Shown in pieces: positions 48,427 to 57,436 of a stretch of DNA of 64,000 nucleotides. The notes under the pieces were generated by a model that did no database searches, was not told the origin of the DNA, and was given only the letters and a program-made list of their open reading frames with translations. Position 1 is the stretch's first letter. Each line of letters begins with the position of its first letter. The DNA comes from an uncultured bacterium (GTDB lineage: Bacteria > Zixibacteria > MSB-5A5 > CAIYYT01), in NCBI GenBank assembly GCA_963707485.1, contig CAVPQS010000034.1, positions 6,889 through 70,888 of the forward strand, given 5' to 3'. A program made the position numbers and the translations under genes.

Positions 48427-49426
48427 AAAGCTACTCGTCACAATTGGCATTCTGATCGCGTGTGCCTTCTTATATTTGTTCTTCAAAAAAGTCGAATGGG
48501 ACAAGGTAGTCGCGGCAATTGGCCAGGCAAACTACTGGTGGTTGATTCCCAATGTCGTGATGATCTTTGCGTCAATGGCGCTGCGCGCCTGGCGCTGGGG
48601 TATTATGGTGAATCCAATTAAGAAGTGTTCGTTCCGAGGACTATATGCGGCGACGATGATTGGATTTATGGCGTCAAATATATTGCCGGCGCGACTCGGC
48701 GAATTGGCGCGGCCACTCTCACTGGGTAAGATCGAAGACGTTTCGCGCTCGGCAGCGATGGCGACGACGCTGATTGAGCGGGTATTCGATTTGCTGACGT
48801 TGTTGGCGCTGTTTACGCTGATCATTCTCTTCAAGGAGTTTCCAGCCTCAGTGTCAGAGGACCTGCAGCATCTGGAAACGGCGGGCTGGCTGTTTTTGGG
48901 CGTGACGATGCTGGCAGTTATTGTCTTGACGTTGCTGAAGTTTAAGACGCAGGCGACCTTGAACATTCTGAACAAAGTGCTGCATATTTTCCCTCATCGA
49001 ATTCAGGAAGTCGGAAATGATTTGCTGGTGAAGTTCGCCTCGGGACTTGAGGTGTTGTCAGATCCAAAATCGGTGTTGATCATTTCGGCGCAATCGGCGT
49101 TGCTGTGGATCATCATGGCATTGGCGAATTATTTCATATTTCTGGCGTTTGACATGAGCTTTCTGCCAATTGATGCGTCGTTTGTGGTGTTGGCGGTCGT
49201 TTCGGTGGGAATCATGCTTCCGAATGCGCCGGGATTCATCGGACCGTATCAATATCTGACGGTGCTAAGTTTGAGCTTGTATGGCGTCGATAAAGATGCT
49301 GCCGCGGCGTGCAGTATCGTGATGTGGGCGACGCAGTATTTTACGATCACGATCGCCGGTCTTTACCATCTCCGCAAAGAACATCTCTCCTTAAAAGAAG
49401 TCGAGCGCGAGCCAGTTACCGACTAA
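48419..49426 (+). CDS. UPF0104/lysylphosphatidylglycerol-synthase TM-like (flippase-like) protein
   Basis: RAWRW, NILPARLGE, ERVFD and PNAPGFIG motifs. Confidence 0.88.
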   Translation: MGKKLLVTIGILIACAFLYLFFKKVEWDKVVAAIGQANYWWLIPNVVMIFASMALRAWRWGIMVNPIKKCSFRGLYAATMIGFMASNILPARLGELARPLSLGKIEDVSRSAAMATTLIERVFDLLTLLALFTLIILFKEFPASVSEDLQHLETAGWLFLGVTMLAVIVLTLLKFKTQATLNILNKVLHIFPHRIQEVGNDLLVKFASGLEVLSDPKSVLIISAQSALLWIIMALANYFIFLAFDMSFLPIDASFVVLAVVSVGIMLPNAPGFIGPYQYLTVLSLSLYGVDKDAAAACSIVMWATQYFTITIAGLYHLRKEHLSLKEVEREPVTD

Positions 49427-49501
49427 GTGCGGTAATTGCGGCGCACAAAAAAACAGCCGCGCTGTGTCAACGCGGCTGCGGAATTTCTATAATTACGAGT
49501 T

Positions 49502-50371
49502 TTATTCGCCCATTGTCTGCATGAACAGGTAATTCATCAGGAATACTGCATCACTAATTGACACGATGTCATCCCCATCATAGTTTCCGTGCAAGAAATC
49601 CTTGGGAGCACTGCCGTCAGCGAACAAGTAGTTGATGAAGTAGGAGAGGTCGGCAATGTTGAATCGGCCGTCACCGTTGATGTCGCCGTAACGTCCCCAA
49701 GTTGTGTTAAGCTGGACGCCGCCATTCTGGGTATTGATGGCGCGAATCGGGACCGTAACACCGGGAACAATGCATCCGGCGATCGTGCCGCCGAAATTAG
49801 GGTCTGATCCGGTGATTTCGACCGCCTGATAATCATAGGCAAACTTTCCGTGCCAGATGGTATCCTGCGCCGTCGAAGCTAAAGTGTTACTTGAGCAGTC
49901 GATCCAGTAAAAATTGACTTCAACATGAGACCCGGCGATAAGAGTATCAGGGGCGACATGGAGGCGAATACGCGCGAGGTCGCCGACAGGGGACATGCAC
50001 GAGGGCGCACCGGCGATATTCGGATCATCGGCGATACCGAAAATCTCGATCGTCTGCCATTCACAGCCAACACATGGACCAGCGATATAGCCAAAGCTAT
50101 CCCAGTCGCAGAACGTCGGCACCACACCGGGCTGCACATCAAGTAAGGAGAGCTGAGCCGGGTTGAACGCGACCAGAAGCTTGAATTGACCAAAAGTTTC
50201 CGAACCGGAGAGGTAGTTTACCGATAATTCAATGTTGTCGCCAATACGGGCAGCGGCAAGATTCTCAATGGAAACTTCGAAAGGAGCCATCGGTTCCGCA
50301 TTAAGGGGAATCGCAAGGACAGAAACGAGCACAAGCAATCCTGTCACAAGGAGACGGTTCGAATTCGTCAA
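49502..50371 (-). CDS. Secreted cohesin-like + dockerin (paired EF-hand) protein
   Basis: Signal peptide from TTG 50371 (GGAG RBS), cohesin-like sandwich, C-terminal GDINGDGRFNIADLSYFINYLF...NYDGDDIVSISDAVFLMNYLF. Confidence 0.78.
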   Translation of the reverse strand: MTNSNRLLVTGLLVLVSVLAIPLNAEPMAPFEVSIENLAAARIGDNIELSVNYLSGSETFGQFKLLVAFNPAQLSLLDVQPGVVPTFCDWDSFGYIAGPCVGCEWQTIEIFGIADDPNIAGAPSCMSPVGDLARIRLHVAPDTLIAGSHVEVNFYWIDCSSNTLASTAQDTIWHGKFAYDYQAVEITGSDPNFGGTIAGCIVPGVTVPIRAINTQNGGVQLNTTWGRYGDINGDGRFNIADLSYFINYLFADGSAPKDFLHGNYDGDDIVSISDAVFLMNYLFMQTMGE

Positions 50372-50573
50372 AATAGCACTCCGTGAAGTAAACGGTTTAA
50401 GCCCCGAGACAGTATTTACCCCGTGTGAATATAGCGTATTCGCTTTATTAGTAAAGACATTTTTTCCGTCTGTGCAAAGATTGGGCGACAAGGAATGGAT
50501 TCGATTATAACTTCAGATTATGCAGCTAAGGTGATGTGTGGCACAAGGGTACAGTGGCTAATTCTGGGGCCGA

Positions 50574-51953
50574 CTAAGGCTGGTTTTCGCCGAGCTGGGC
50601 ACGGGCCAACTCACTGACGACGTAAGGCATCTTTCCGGATTCTGTAAATGGCGGTTGGTCGATGAGTTCGACCCCGACTTCAAAGTAGCCGCTCAAACAA
50701 TCGCGGGTGAGGCGCTGCAAGTGCTCGCGGTCGCGAGAGTCAAGGTAATTAGAATTGGGGAGAATTCGGACAATTATCCTGTCGATTTCCTTTTGGACGA
50801 CTTGAATATAATCGGCACCGAGAAACCCGTTACGTGCCAAGTACGTATCGAGGTGGCAATTGATAAAACCGTCGCGAGTGACAAGAATGTCTTTACCGCG
50901 TCCGCCGAGGATTTCCATTGTCGGGTGGGACATCGTGCACTTGCCGCAGCGGCCCAGCGAACGGCCGAGGTCGCCGGTGTCGTAGCGGAGCAGGGGGATG
51001 GAGTAGTTCTCGAGCGAGGTGGTGATAATTGAACCGGTTTCGCCCTTGGCGGCATGTTTGCCGTTGGCGACAAATTCCACGAAACCGAATTCGGAATTGA
51101 TATGGTAGTTACCGCACGGTTGTTGTGTGACGGCGATAGTGTTTTCGCGATTGCCGTAGTAATCGAAGACTTCGGCGCCGAAGTATGCGCGAAATTTGGC
51201 GACGTGATGAGGGTAGAGTTTTTCGGAATAGCTGTAGACGATGGGGATTTTGATTGGCTTCAGCCCGGCGCGTTCGGACTGAAGGCAGAAAGTAAAGATG
51301 GCGGACGGGTGGCCAACTAACATCTTGGGATTCCAATTTGCCAGTCCATCGTAGATGTGGCGAAAGTCGTTAGGGTTCAGGTGAAAGCTATTCAGCCAGA
51401 GATTGTTTTCAAGCAAGTCTTCATGCGTATAATTGTGTTTCTGCGGGAATTCGAGCGGTCGACCCAGCGTGGCGCGCGGTTCTTTGAAAAAGTAGCCGCA
51501 AGCATTGTAATGGCGCCAGACGATGGCCTTGCGGAGCGCCTCGTGCGCTCGGCTGCGATAGAGTTTGAGCGGAAAGCCGGTTGTGCCGGAAGTCACAGTC
51601 TTGATCGGATGAGTGGCGGCGAAGTTGCGCGGCTTCATGAACTCGAGATTATCGCGGACGATTTGGCGATTAGTGGTCGGTAGTCGCAAGTAGTCGTCGG
51701 GGGTTTTGATGTCTTGCGGCTTGCAGCTAATTGCGTCGAGAGTCTCCCGATAGAACTCGGTATTCTCGTAGGCGAATTTCAGCAGCGCAGTGACACGGCT
51801 CCAAGAGTACTGAAAGAGTTGTTCTTCAGAAAATATAAGAGATTCGATTAGGAAAGCGGACTTATTGCGGAATTCGCGGCCATAGCTCAATTGAAGGGGC
51901 ATAATTCGGTGCCGCCAGCGCACCGAGCTCTTGAGGAGATTGACGAGGCTCAT
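50574..51953 (-). CDS. CapK/phenylacetate-CoA-ligase-like adenylate-forming enzyme (paralogue 1)
   Basis: TSGTTG P-loop, DYYGNRE, LLRYDTGD and GGRGKD motifs. Confidence 0.82.
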   Translation of the reverse strand: MSLVNLLKSSVRWRHRIMPLQLSYGREFRNKSAFLIESLIFSEEQLFQYSWSRVTALLKFAYENTEFYRETLDAISCKPQDIKTPDDYLRLPTTNRQIVRDNLEFMKPRNFAATHPIKTVTSGTTGFPLKLYRSRAHEALRKAIVWRHYNACGYFFKEPRATLGRPLEFPQKHNYTHEDLLENNLWLNSFHLNPNDFRHIYDGLANWNPKMLVGHPSAIFTFCLQSERAGLKPIKIPIVYSYSEKLYPHHVAKFRAYFGAEVFDYYGNRENTIAVTQQPCGNYHINSEFGFVEFVANGKHAAKGETGSIITTSLENYSIPLLRYDTGDLGRSLGRCGKCTMSHPTMEILGGRGKDILVTRDGFINCHLDTYLARNGFLGADYIQVVQKEIDRIIVRILPNSNYLDSRDREHLQRLTRDCLSGYFEVGVELIDQPPFTESGKMPYVVSELARAQLGENQP

Positions 51954-51955
51954 TG

Positions 51956-53362
51956 TTATTTCTTCTCGAGATACTCGACGCCGAGGCGCGAAACGACTTT
52001 GGACTTTTTGAATCCTTCGGTCATGGGGATAACATCGACGTAGTTGACGCGAATGTTGAACCAGCCCTTGGTGGCATCTTTCAAATAGGAAACGAGCAGG
52101 GGTTCATCGCGCTCGGCGACATAATCGGCGCCGGCCACAATGTGCAGGACGAGGTTTTCCAAATCGATTTGTTCAATTTGGATGTCATCGGGTATTTCGA
52201 TTCCGAGCTTGTGCAGGAAGTCGTCATATTGGCAATGGAGCAGGCCGTTCTTGGAAACGAGGAAATTCTTGTCGCGGCCGCCGATAAAGCGAATCGTCTT
52301 GTGTGCGATTTTGCATTTGTCGCAGGTTGATATAGCGGTGGCCAAATCGGCGCAATCATAACGGATGACCGGCATCGCGTAGTTTACGAGGTTGGTTCCG
52401 ACGACGTTGCCAAGCGGAGCGCCCTCAGATTTGAACTGGCTGGGGACAAGCTCGGTGTAGACGAATTCGGAATTGATATGATAATTGCCGCAGAGGAACT
52501 GCGAAGCATTTACCGAGTTTTCGCGGTTGCCGAAATGGTCGTAAACGTTGGGGCCAATATAGCGCTGGATCGTTCTCAGCGTTGCTGCGCTGAGAACTTC
52601 CGAATAGACGTACACGACGGGAATGTTCAGCGGCGGCAGACCAACTTCTTTTAACGATTTTGCCAGAGTTGCCAAAGCGACCGGGTGCGCATAGAACATG
52701 CGCGGTTTGAATTTTTGGATGACGTCGTATATCGCTTTGGCACTGGAAACGTGAATGAAGCGACCGTTGAACATGACGAGGTTGTCGATGGGATCGTATT
52801 TGTAGAGCAGGTCGGCTTCGCCCTTAACAAAGGGAATATTCAACGAAACGCGCGGTTCCTTGAAGTGGAACCCGATTTGGTTGAAGTGCCGCCATTGAAC
52901 GGCGCGGCGAAAGCTCTCAGTATCCCAACTGCGGAAAAATCGGAGCGCGCGTCCGCTTGAGCCGGATGTCATGGACGGCGAACCGCGGTGTTGCTTGAGC
53001 TCGCTCGAAGTAAAGTCAGCCAAATTGTTGTCGATGTCGGCGCGGCGAATTATCGGCAGATTGCGGAAGTCGTCCCAGTTGCGGATGTCGGCGGCAGCGA
53101 GTTTTTGCTCGCTGAACCAGCGCCGGTAAAAGGGGACCGTGCGCGCTGCGTGTGCAAGCAGGGCAGAGATGTTCTGCCACTGGTAGCGGTCGATTTCTTC
53201 TTCGGACCAATGAAGCGACTTGCCCAAGAGCACATAGAAATTCTGAAACTCGGGGCCAAGATGTGTCGGGATGGTACGGAGACGCCAGCGCAAGCGCCAA
53301 GGCCTGAGCAAATAGTTATGCCACTCGAAACTGTGGACGGGATATCGAAATTGATCGGTCAT
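51956..53362 (-). CDS. CapK/phenylacetate-CoA-ligase-like adenylate-forming enzyme (paralogue 2)
   Basis: TSGSSG P-loop, DHFGNRE, VIRYDCAD and GGRDKN motifs. Confidence 0.82.
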   Translation of the reverse strand: MTDQFRYPVHSFEWHNYLLRPWRLRWRLRTIPTHLGPEFQNFYVLLGKSLHWSEEEIDRYQWQNISALLAHAARTVPFYRRWFSEQKLAAADIRNWDDFRNLPIIRRADIDNNLADFTSSELKQHRGSPSMTSGSSGRALRFFRSWDTESFRRAVQWRHFNQIGFHFKEPRVSLNIPFVKGEADLLYKYDPIDNLVMFNGRFIHVSSAKAIYDVIQKFKPRMFYAHPVALATLAKSLKEVGLPPLNIPVVYVYSEVLSAATLRTIQRYIGPNVYDHFGNRENSVNASQFLCGNYHINSEFVYTELVPSQFKSEGAPLGNVVGTNLVNYAMPVIRYDCADLATAISTCDKCKIAHKTIRFIGGRDKNFLVSKNGLLHCQYDDFLHKLGIEIPDDIQIEQIDLENLVLHIVAGADYVAERDEPLLVSYLKDATKGWFNIRVNYVDVIPMTEGFKKSKVVSRLGVEYLEKK

Positions 53363-53438
53363 TGGACTATTGCCTACTATGGCGCTAAAGTCGACTCACG
53401 AATTGGTTCGGTTTAGAGTAGCTAATTCTGCACTGTGT

Positions 53439-54170
53439 TCAAGCAAAAACTTTGCGGACGATTGCGGGCAGTTCGAGCCAGTCGGAAATGACAAAATCGG
53501 GCTGGTAGCCGTTGGCACTTTCCTCGGCGATGTGACAGCCGGTATAGAGAACGGCGGTCAAGCCACGCTGTTTAGCGCCGAGCACATCGTGACTGGGCAG
53601 ATCGCCGCAATGAATTGCGTTGACAGGAGCGACGCCGAGTTGCTGCAGGACATTGTCAAATTGGCGGGCATGCGGTTTGGCTCGACCGGTTTCGTCCGAG
53701 AACGAGAAGGCGCTGAAGAATTCGAGTACGCCGTGTTTTTTCATGTGCTTGCGCAATACCCGACCGGGGGTGTAGCCGGTGTCGGAGACGATTCCCAGTT
53801 TGTAATCGCGGCTGAGTTCCGAAAGGACGGGAACGAGATTTTCGGAAAGTCGGGGATCGAGCATGAGACCCATTTCCTCGAATTCTTCGCAAAGGGCAGC
53901 GAACTCGGGCGGCGCAACGGAGACGCCAAGATAGTCGAGAACCCACGTCAAGCGTTCGCTGACTATCGGTGTTCGCTGCTCGTCATGGTATATGCCGAGA
54001 AACCAGGGGCGCGATGCCTCGAAGGCGGCATCGACATCGAGTCCGTTTAAGCTGTTCTTTATGGCGAGGAAGTTTTTGACGAGTAGTTTTCGCGCTTCAA
54101 AGCTTTCGCGCTCTTTCATGTCATGAAATAGCGTCTGCCAAAAGTCGAAGAGTATTGCCTGCTTAGTCAT
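53439..54170 (-). CDS. HAD-family hydrolase
   Basis: LFDFWQTL, IVSDT, KPH and HCGD...DVLGA motifs. Start moved to ATG 54170. Confidence 0.88.
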   Translation of the reverse strand: MTKQAILFDFWQTLFHDMKERESFEARKLLVKNFLAIKNSLNGLDVDAAFEASRPWFLGIYHDEQRTPIVSERLTWVLDYLGVSVAPPEFAALCEEFEEMGLMLDPRLSENLVPVLSELSRDYKLGIVSDTGYTPGRVLRKHMKKHGVLEFFSAFSFSDETGRAKPHARQFDNVLQQLGVAPVNAIHCGDLPSHDVLGAKQRGLTAVLYTGCHIAEESANGYQPDFVISDWLELPAIVRKVFA

Positions 54171-54299
54171 AGTATCCGCACATCCAATATTTCCTGATAT
54201 TAACGGCGCACGCCGCTGCTTTGTTCCGGAGCACAAGATAGTAGATTCTGTGCAATAATGTTGTAATGTGTGGGATTTTTTGCCTATAATCTTTTCGTG

Positions 54300-54965
54300 A
54301 TGCACCGCGTTCTCGTCGCCATTCCGGCATACAATGCTGCGAACACCCTTGCAGTCCTGATTGCGGCGCTGGAAAGGTCGTATCCGCACATAACCGTTTT
54401 GGTGATCGATGACGGATCGAACGACCGGACGGACGAGGTTATTCGCGTTCAAGGAGCAAAGGTTATAACGCATGAGCGCAATCTTGGCAAAGGAGCGGCG
54501 TTACGGTCCGGTTTTAATTACGCACTCAACAACGGCTTCGACGCAGTTGTCACGATGGATGCTGACTTGCAGCATGATCCTGCGGAAGTGCAGTTGTTTC
54601 TGGAAGAATTCGTCAGCGACGATACACTCCTGATTGGCGTGAGAAGACTGAGCGACGGGATGCCATTTCCGCGCAAGATATCCAATTCGCTGTCGACTTT
54701 CGTGGCGTCAGTGTTTGCCGGGCGCCGGATCGAAGACAGCCAGTGCGGATTTCGTTTGATTCCGACTCGCATATTGCGTTCGCTTCAACTTGATTCCAGC
54801 CATTATGATCTCGAACCGGAGCTGGTTATTCGGGCCGCACGAGCGGGTTTCACAATCCGCGGCATCGCAATTTCGACGATTTACAACGACAGCGTCAGCT
54901 CGATTCATCCGGTGCGCGACACGCTAAGGTTCTTGAAATTGATCTTGAAATCACTATTATGGTAG
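54300..54965 (+). CDS. Glycosyltransferase family 2 (DPM1-like polyprenol-phosphate glycosyltransferase)
   Basis: IPAYNA, DDGSND, NLGKG, TMDADLQH and DSQCGFR motifs. Confidence 0.88.
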   Translation: MHRVLVAIPAYNAANTLAVLIAALERSYPHITVLVIDDGSNDRTDEVIRVQGAKVITHERNLGKGAALRSGFNYALNNGFDAVVTMDADLQHDPAEVQLFLEEFVSDDTLLIGVRRLSDGMPFPRKISNSLSTFVASVFAGRRIEDSQCGFRLIPTRILRSLQLDSSHYDLEPELVIRAARAGFTIRGIAISTIYNDSVSSIHPVRDTLRFLKLILKSLLW

Positions 54966-54969
54966 TTCC

Positions 54970-55719
54970 ATGTTGGCATTGATTACAAACGATGACGGCT
55001 ACGAGGCCGAGGGTCTCCAGCGCCTGGCGCGCGAAATTGCAAAGGTCTGCGACGTTCTGATTGTTGCGCCGCACATCAACCAGTCGGCTTCCGGACATTC
55101 GTTGACGCTGCAGCGGCCACTGCGCCTAAGCAAGATCAAGAGCGATTTTTATTCGGTGGACGGAACACCTACCGATGCGGTGATGGTGGCGCTGTATGGC
55201 ATATTAGACAATAAGCGCAAGCCGGACATTTTGCTGAGCGGCATCAATCGCGGACCGAACATGGGCGATGATGTGACATATTCGGGAACGGTATCGGCTG
55301 CATTCGAGGGCGCGATTTTGGGGATCCCGTCGGTGGCGATTTCCTCGGTTGAAAGCGAGGACATCGACTATCCGGCAATTGCCCGGTTTTCGCGCAAGCT
55401 GGCCAAGAATGTTCTTGAACGGGGATTGCCCGGATTCACATTGCTAAATGTCAACATGCCAAATCCACCGCGCAACGGGTACAAGGGCGTGCAGATTACG
55501 CGGCTGGGCAAGAGGGTCTACCGCGACATTGTCGTAGAGAAGATTGATCCGCGCGGGGAGAAGTACTATTGGATTGCCGGGGAGCCGGAATGGCAGGAAT
55601 TCGACCAATCAGATTATTCGGCGACAAAAGCGGGTTATATTTCGATTACGCCACTCAAAATGGATATGACGGACTATGGCTTTCGCGATGAGCTGGCATC
55701 ATGGCCGCTCAAGCCATAG
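54970..55719 (+). CDS. surE: 5'/3'-nucleotidase SurE
   Basis: TNDDG, QSASGH, DGTPTD, SGINRGPN, YSGTV motifs. Confidence 0.96.
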   Translation: MLALITNDDGYEAEGLQRLAREIAKVCDVLIVAPHINQSASGHSLTLQRPLRLSKIKSDFYSVDGTPTDAVMVALYGILDNKRKPDILLSGINRGPNMGDDVTYSGTVSAAFEGAILGIPSVAISSVESEDIDYPAIARFSRKLAKNVLERGLPGFTLLNVNMPNPPRNGYKGVQITRLGKRVYRDIVVEKIDPRGEKYYWIAGEPEWQEFDQSDYSATKAGYISITPLKMDMTDYGFRDELASWPLKP

Positions 55720-55747
55720 TTCAATGATCCGACCATCACAATCGTTG

Positions 55748-56386
55748 CTAATCCTTGATTCCCAGTTTGGCGCCGAGCCACTCGCGCGCCTGCGCGATTT
55801 CCTGCGAGCTAAGACCGTGGCCGGCATCGGCCCAGTGGATGCTCACAGCGGCGTTGGCTTCATGCAGTAGTTCGGCCAAGCGGACGGCTTCTTCCGGAGC
55901 GACTACCTCATCATGCTTGCCGCCGCATATGAGTATGTTGACGCCGTCGAGATTGGGAAGCTTCGGGGGAACAAACGGCACCATCGGGCGGAAGAGAACG
56001 GCGGTACGCAAAGTTTCTGGCTGCGCGAGAAGCAGACTTGCGGCAATGTTGGCGCCGTTGGAATAGCCGGCGCCGACCATACGGTTGCGATTCAGGTTGT
56101 AAGCGGAGGCTGCTTGTTTCACGAACTCCGCCAGCTCAGTTGTGCGAAAGCGGAGGTCGTCGAGATCGAAAACACCCGGCGACAAACGACGGAAGAAACG
56201 GGCCATGCCATTTTCGGTGACTTTTCCAAGCGGACTCAGTATGGCAGAAGTGGGGAGCAAGCGTTCGCCGACAGGAATCAAATCAAACTGGCTGCCACCA
56301 GTACCGTGTAGCAGAAGCAGAGTGTAGTCGTTGCCGGCGTTGCGCGGCGGCAAATATTCATGCGTAAAATTGAGGTTCTGATTCAT
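55748..56386 (-). CDS. Alpha/beta hydrolase, carboxylesterase (MhqD-like)
   Basis: LLLHGTGG, RFFRR, GYSNGA, D and AGH catalytic elements. Confidence 0.9.
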   Translation of the reverse strand: MNQNLNFTHEYLPPRNAGNDYTLLLLHGTGGSQFDLIPVGERLLPTSAILSPLGKVTENGMARFFRRLSPGVFDLDDLRFRTTELAEFVKQAASAYNLNRNRMVGAGYSNGANIAASLLLAQPETLRTAVLFRPMVPFVPPKLPNLDGVNILICGGKHDEVVAPEEAVRLAELLHEANAAVSIHWADAGHGLSSQEIAQAREWLGAKLGIKD

Positions 56387-56394
56387 GGCAAGTA

Positions 56395-57345
56395 TTACGA
56401 TACAGTCTGACTATTCAAGGTAACGGGAGGGAGGCGCCTTTCAATAGCTTCGCGTTTCCGTTCCAACCACGGGGGAAGCACCAGCTTGGTACCAAGCTCC
56501 GACTCGGATTGATCCACAGCGAAGCCGGGCTCGTCGGTGGCGATTTCAAAGAGAATTCCAGCATGTTCGCGATAGTAAATTGAGTGAAAGTAGTTTCGAT
56601 CAATGATATCGGTCACTTGATATCCGCCTTCGGCAACTTTTTTCCGCCAATCGTCGTGATCCGGCATCAAACAACGCCAGGCAATATGATGCACAGTGCC
56701 GGGACCGGGGATACCGCGGCGGGCTCCTGGGTCTTCGACGACGTCGACAAACTGGCGATGAGAGCCTTCTCCAGCGGCATAGCGTTTGCGGTTGCCTTCG
56801 GTACCGATTATTTCGAATCCCATAATCTCGCTGAGGAGTCGGCTGGTTGATTCGCTCTTTGCCACTGAGAGCGCCGCGGAGCTAAAGCGCTTCAATGCAT
56901 GTTGCTGCGGAACTTGCGTTCCGGGCCACGGTTGGCCGCAAGTGTTTGCATCGGCGAGGAGTTCAAGCGGAAGTCCGTCGTTATCCCAAAACGAGATTAC
57001 TTCTTCGCCAAAACGGGTAAACGGCCCATTGAAGCGAATGCCGTTGCGGGAAAATCGCTCGGCCCAGAATTCGACAGAAGCGGGCGCTATGGAATAGCCG
57101 ATCGCAGAGACTTGCCCGTTGCCGACTTTTCCCAATTGAGCATCGGGGAACGGAAAGAATGTCAGGATCGAGCCGGGCGAGCCGACGCCGTCACCAAAGT
57201 AGAGGTGGTACACGCTGGGGTCATCATAGTTGACGGTGAGTTTGACCATGCGCAACCCGAGGATTTTCGTGTAGAATTCGATGTTTGCCTGCGGGTCACT
57301 GGAGATGGCAGTAATATGGTGAATGCCGTGTAGACTCTGCTGCAT
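56395..57345 (-). CDS. Ring-cleaving dioxygenase, VOC family (MhqO/MhqA-like)
   Basis: GIHHITA, VKLTVNYDDP..YHLYFGD, VHHIAWR and DRNYFHSIYYRE..GILFEIATD motifs. Confidence 0.92.
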   Translation of the reverse strand: MQQSLHGIHHITAISSDPQANIEFYTKILGLRMVKLTVNYDDPSVYHLYFGDGVGSPGSILTFFPFPDAQLGKVGNGQVSAIGYSIAPASVEFWAERFSRNGIRFNGPFTRFGEEVISFWDNDGLPLELLADANTCGQPWPGTQVPQQHALKRFSSAALSVAKSESTSRLLSEIMGFEIIGTEGNRKRYAAGEGSHRQFVDVVEDPGARRGIPGPGTVHHIAWRCLMPDHDDWRKKVAEGGYQVTDIIDRNYFHSIYYREHAGILFEIATDEPGFAVDQSESELGTKLVLPPWLERKREAIERRLPPVTLNSQTVS

Positions 57346-57436
57346 ATTCCTCCGTAAATGGTCGTCGTGATCTATACGGTTCGTCGGGCGGCAATATTAG
57401 ACTATGTTTTGGAGCCCACGGTGATTGGCGGTGCGA

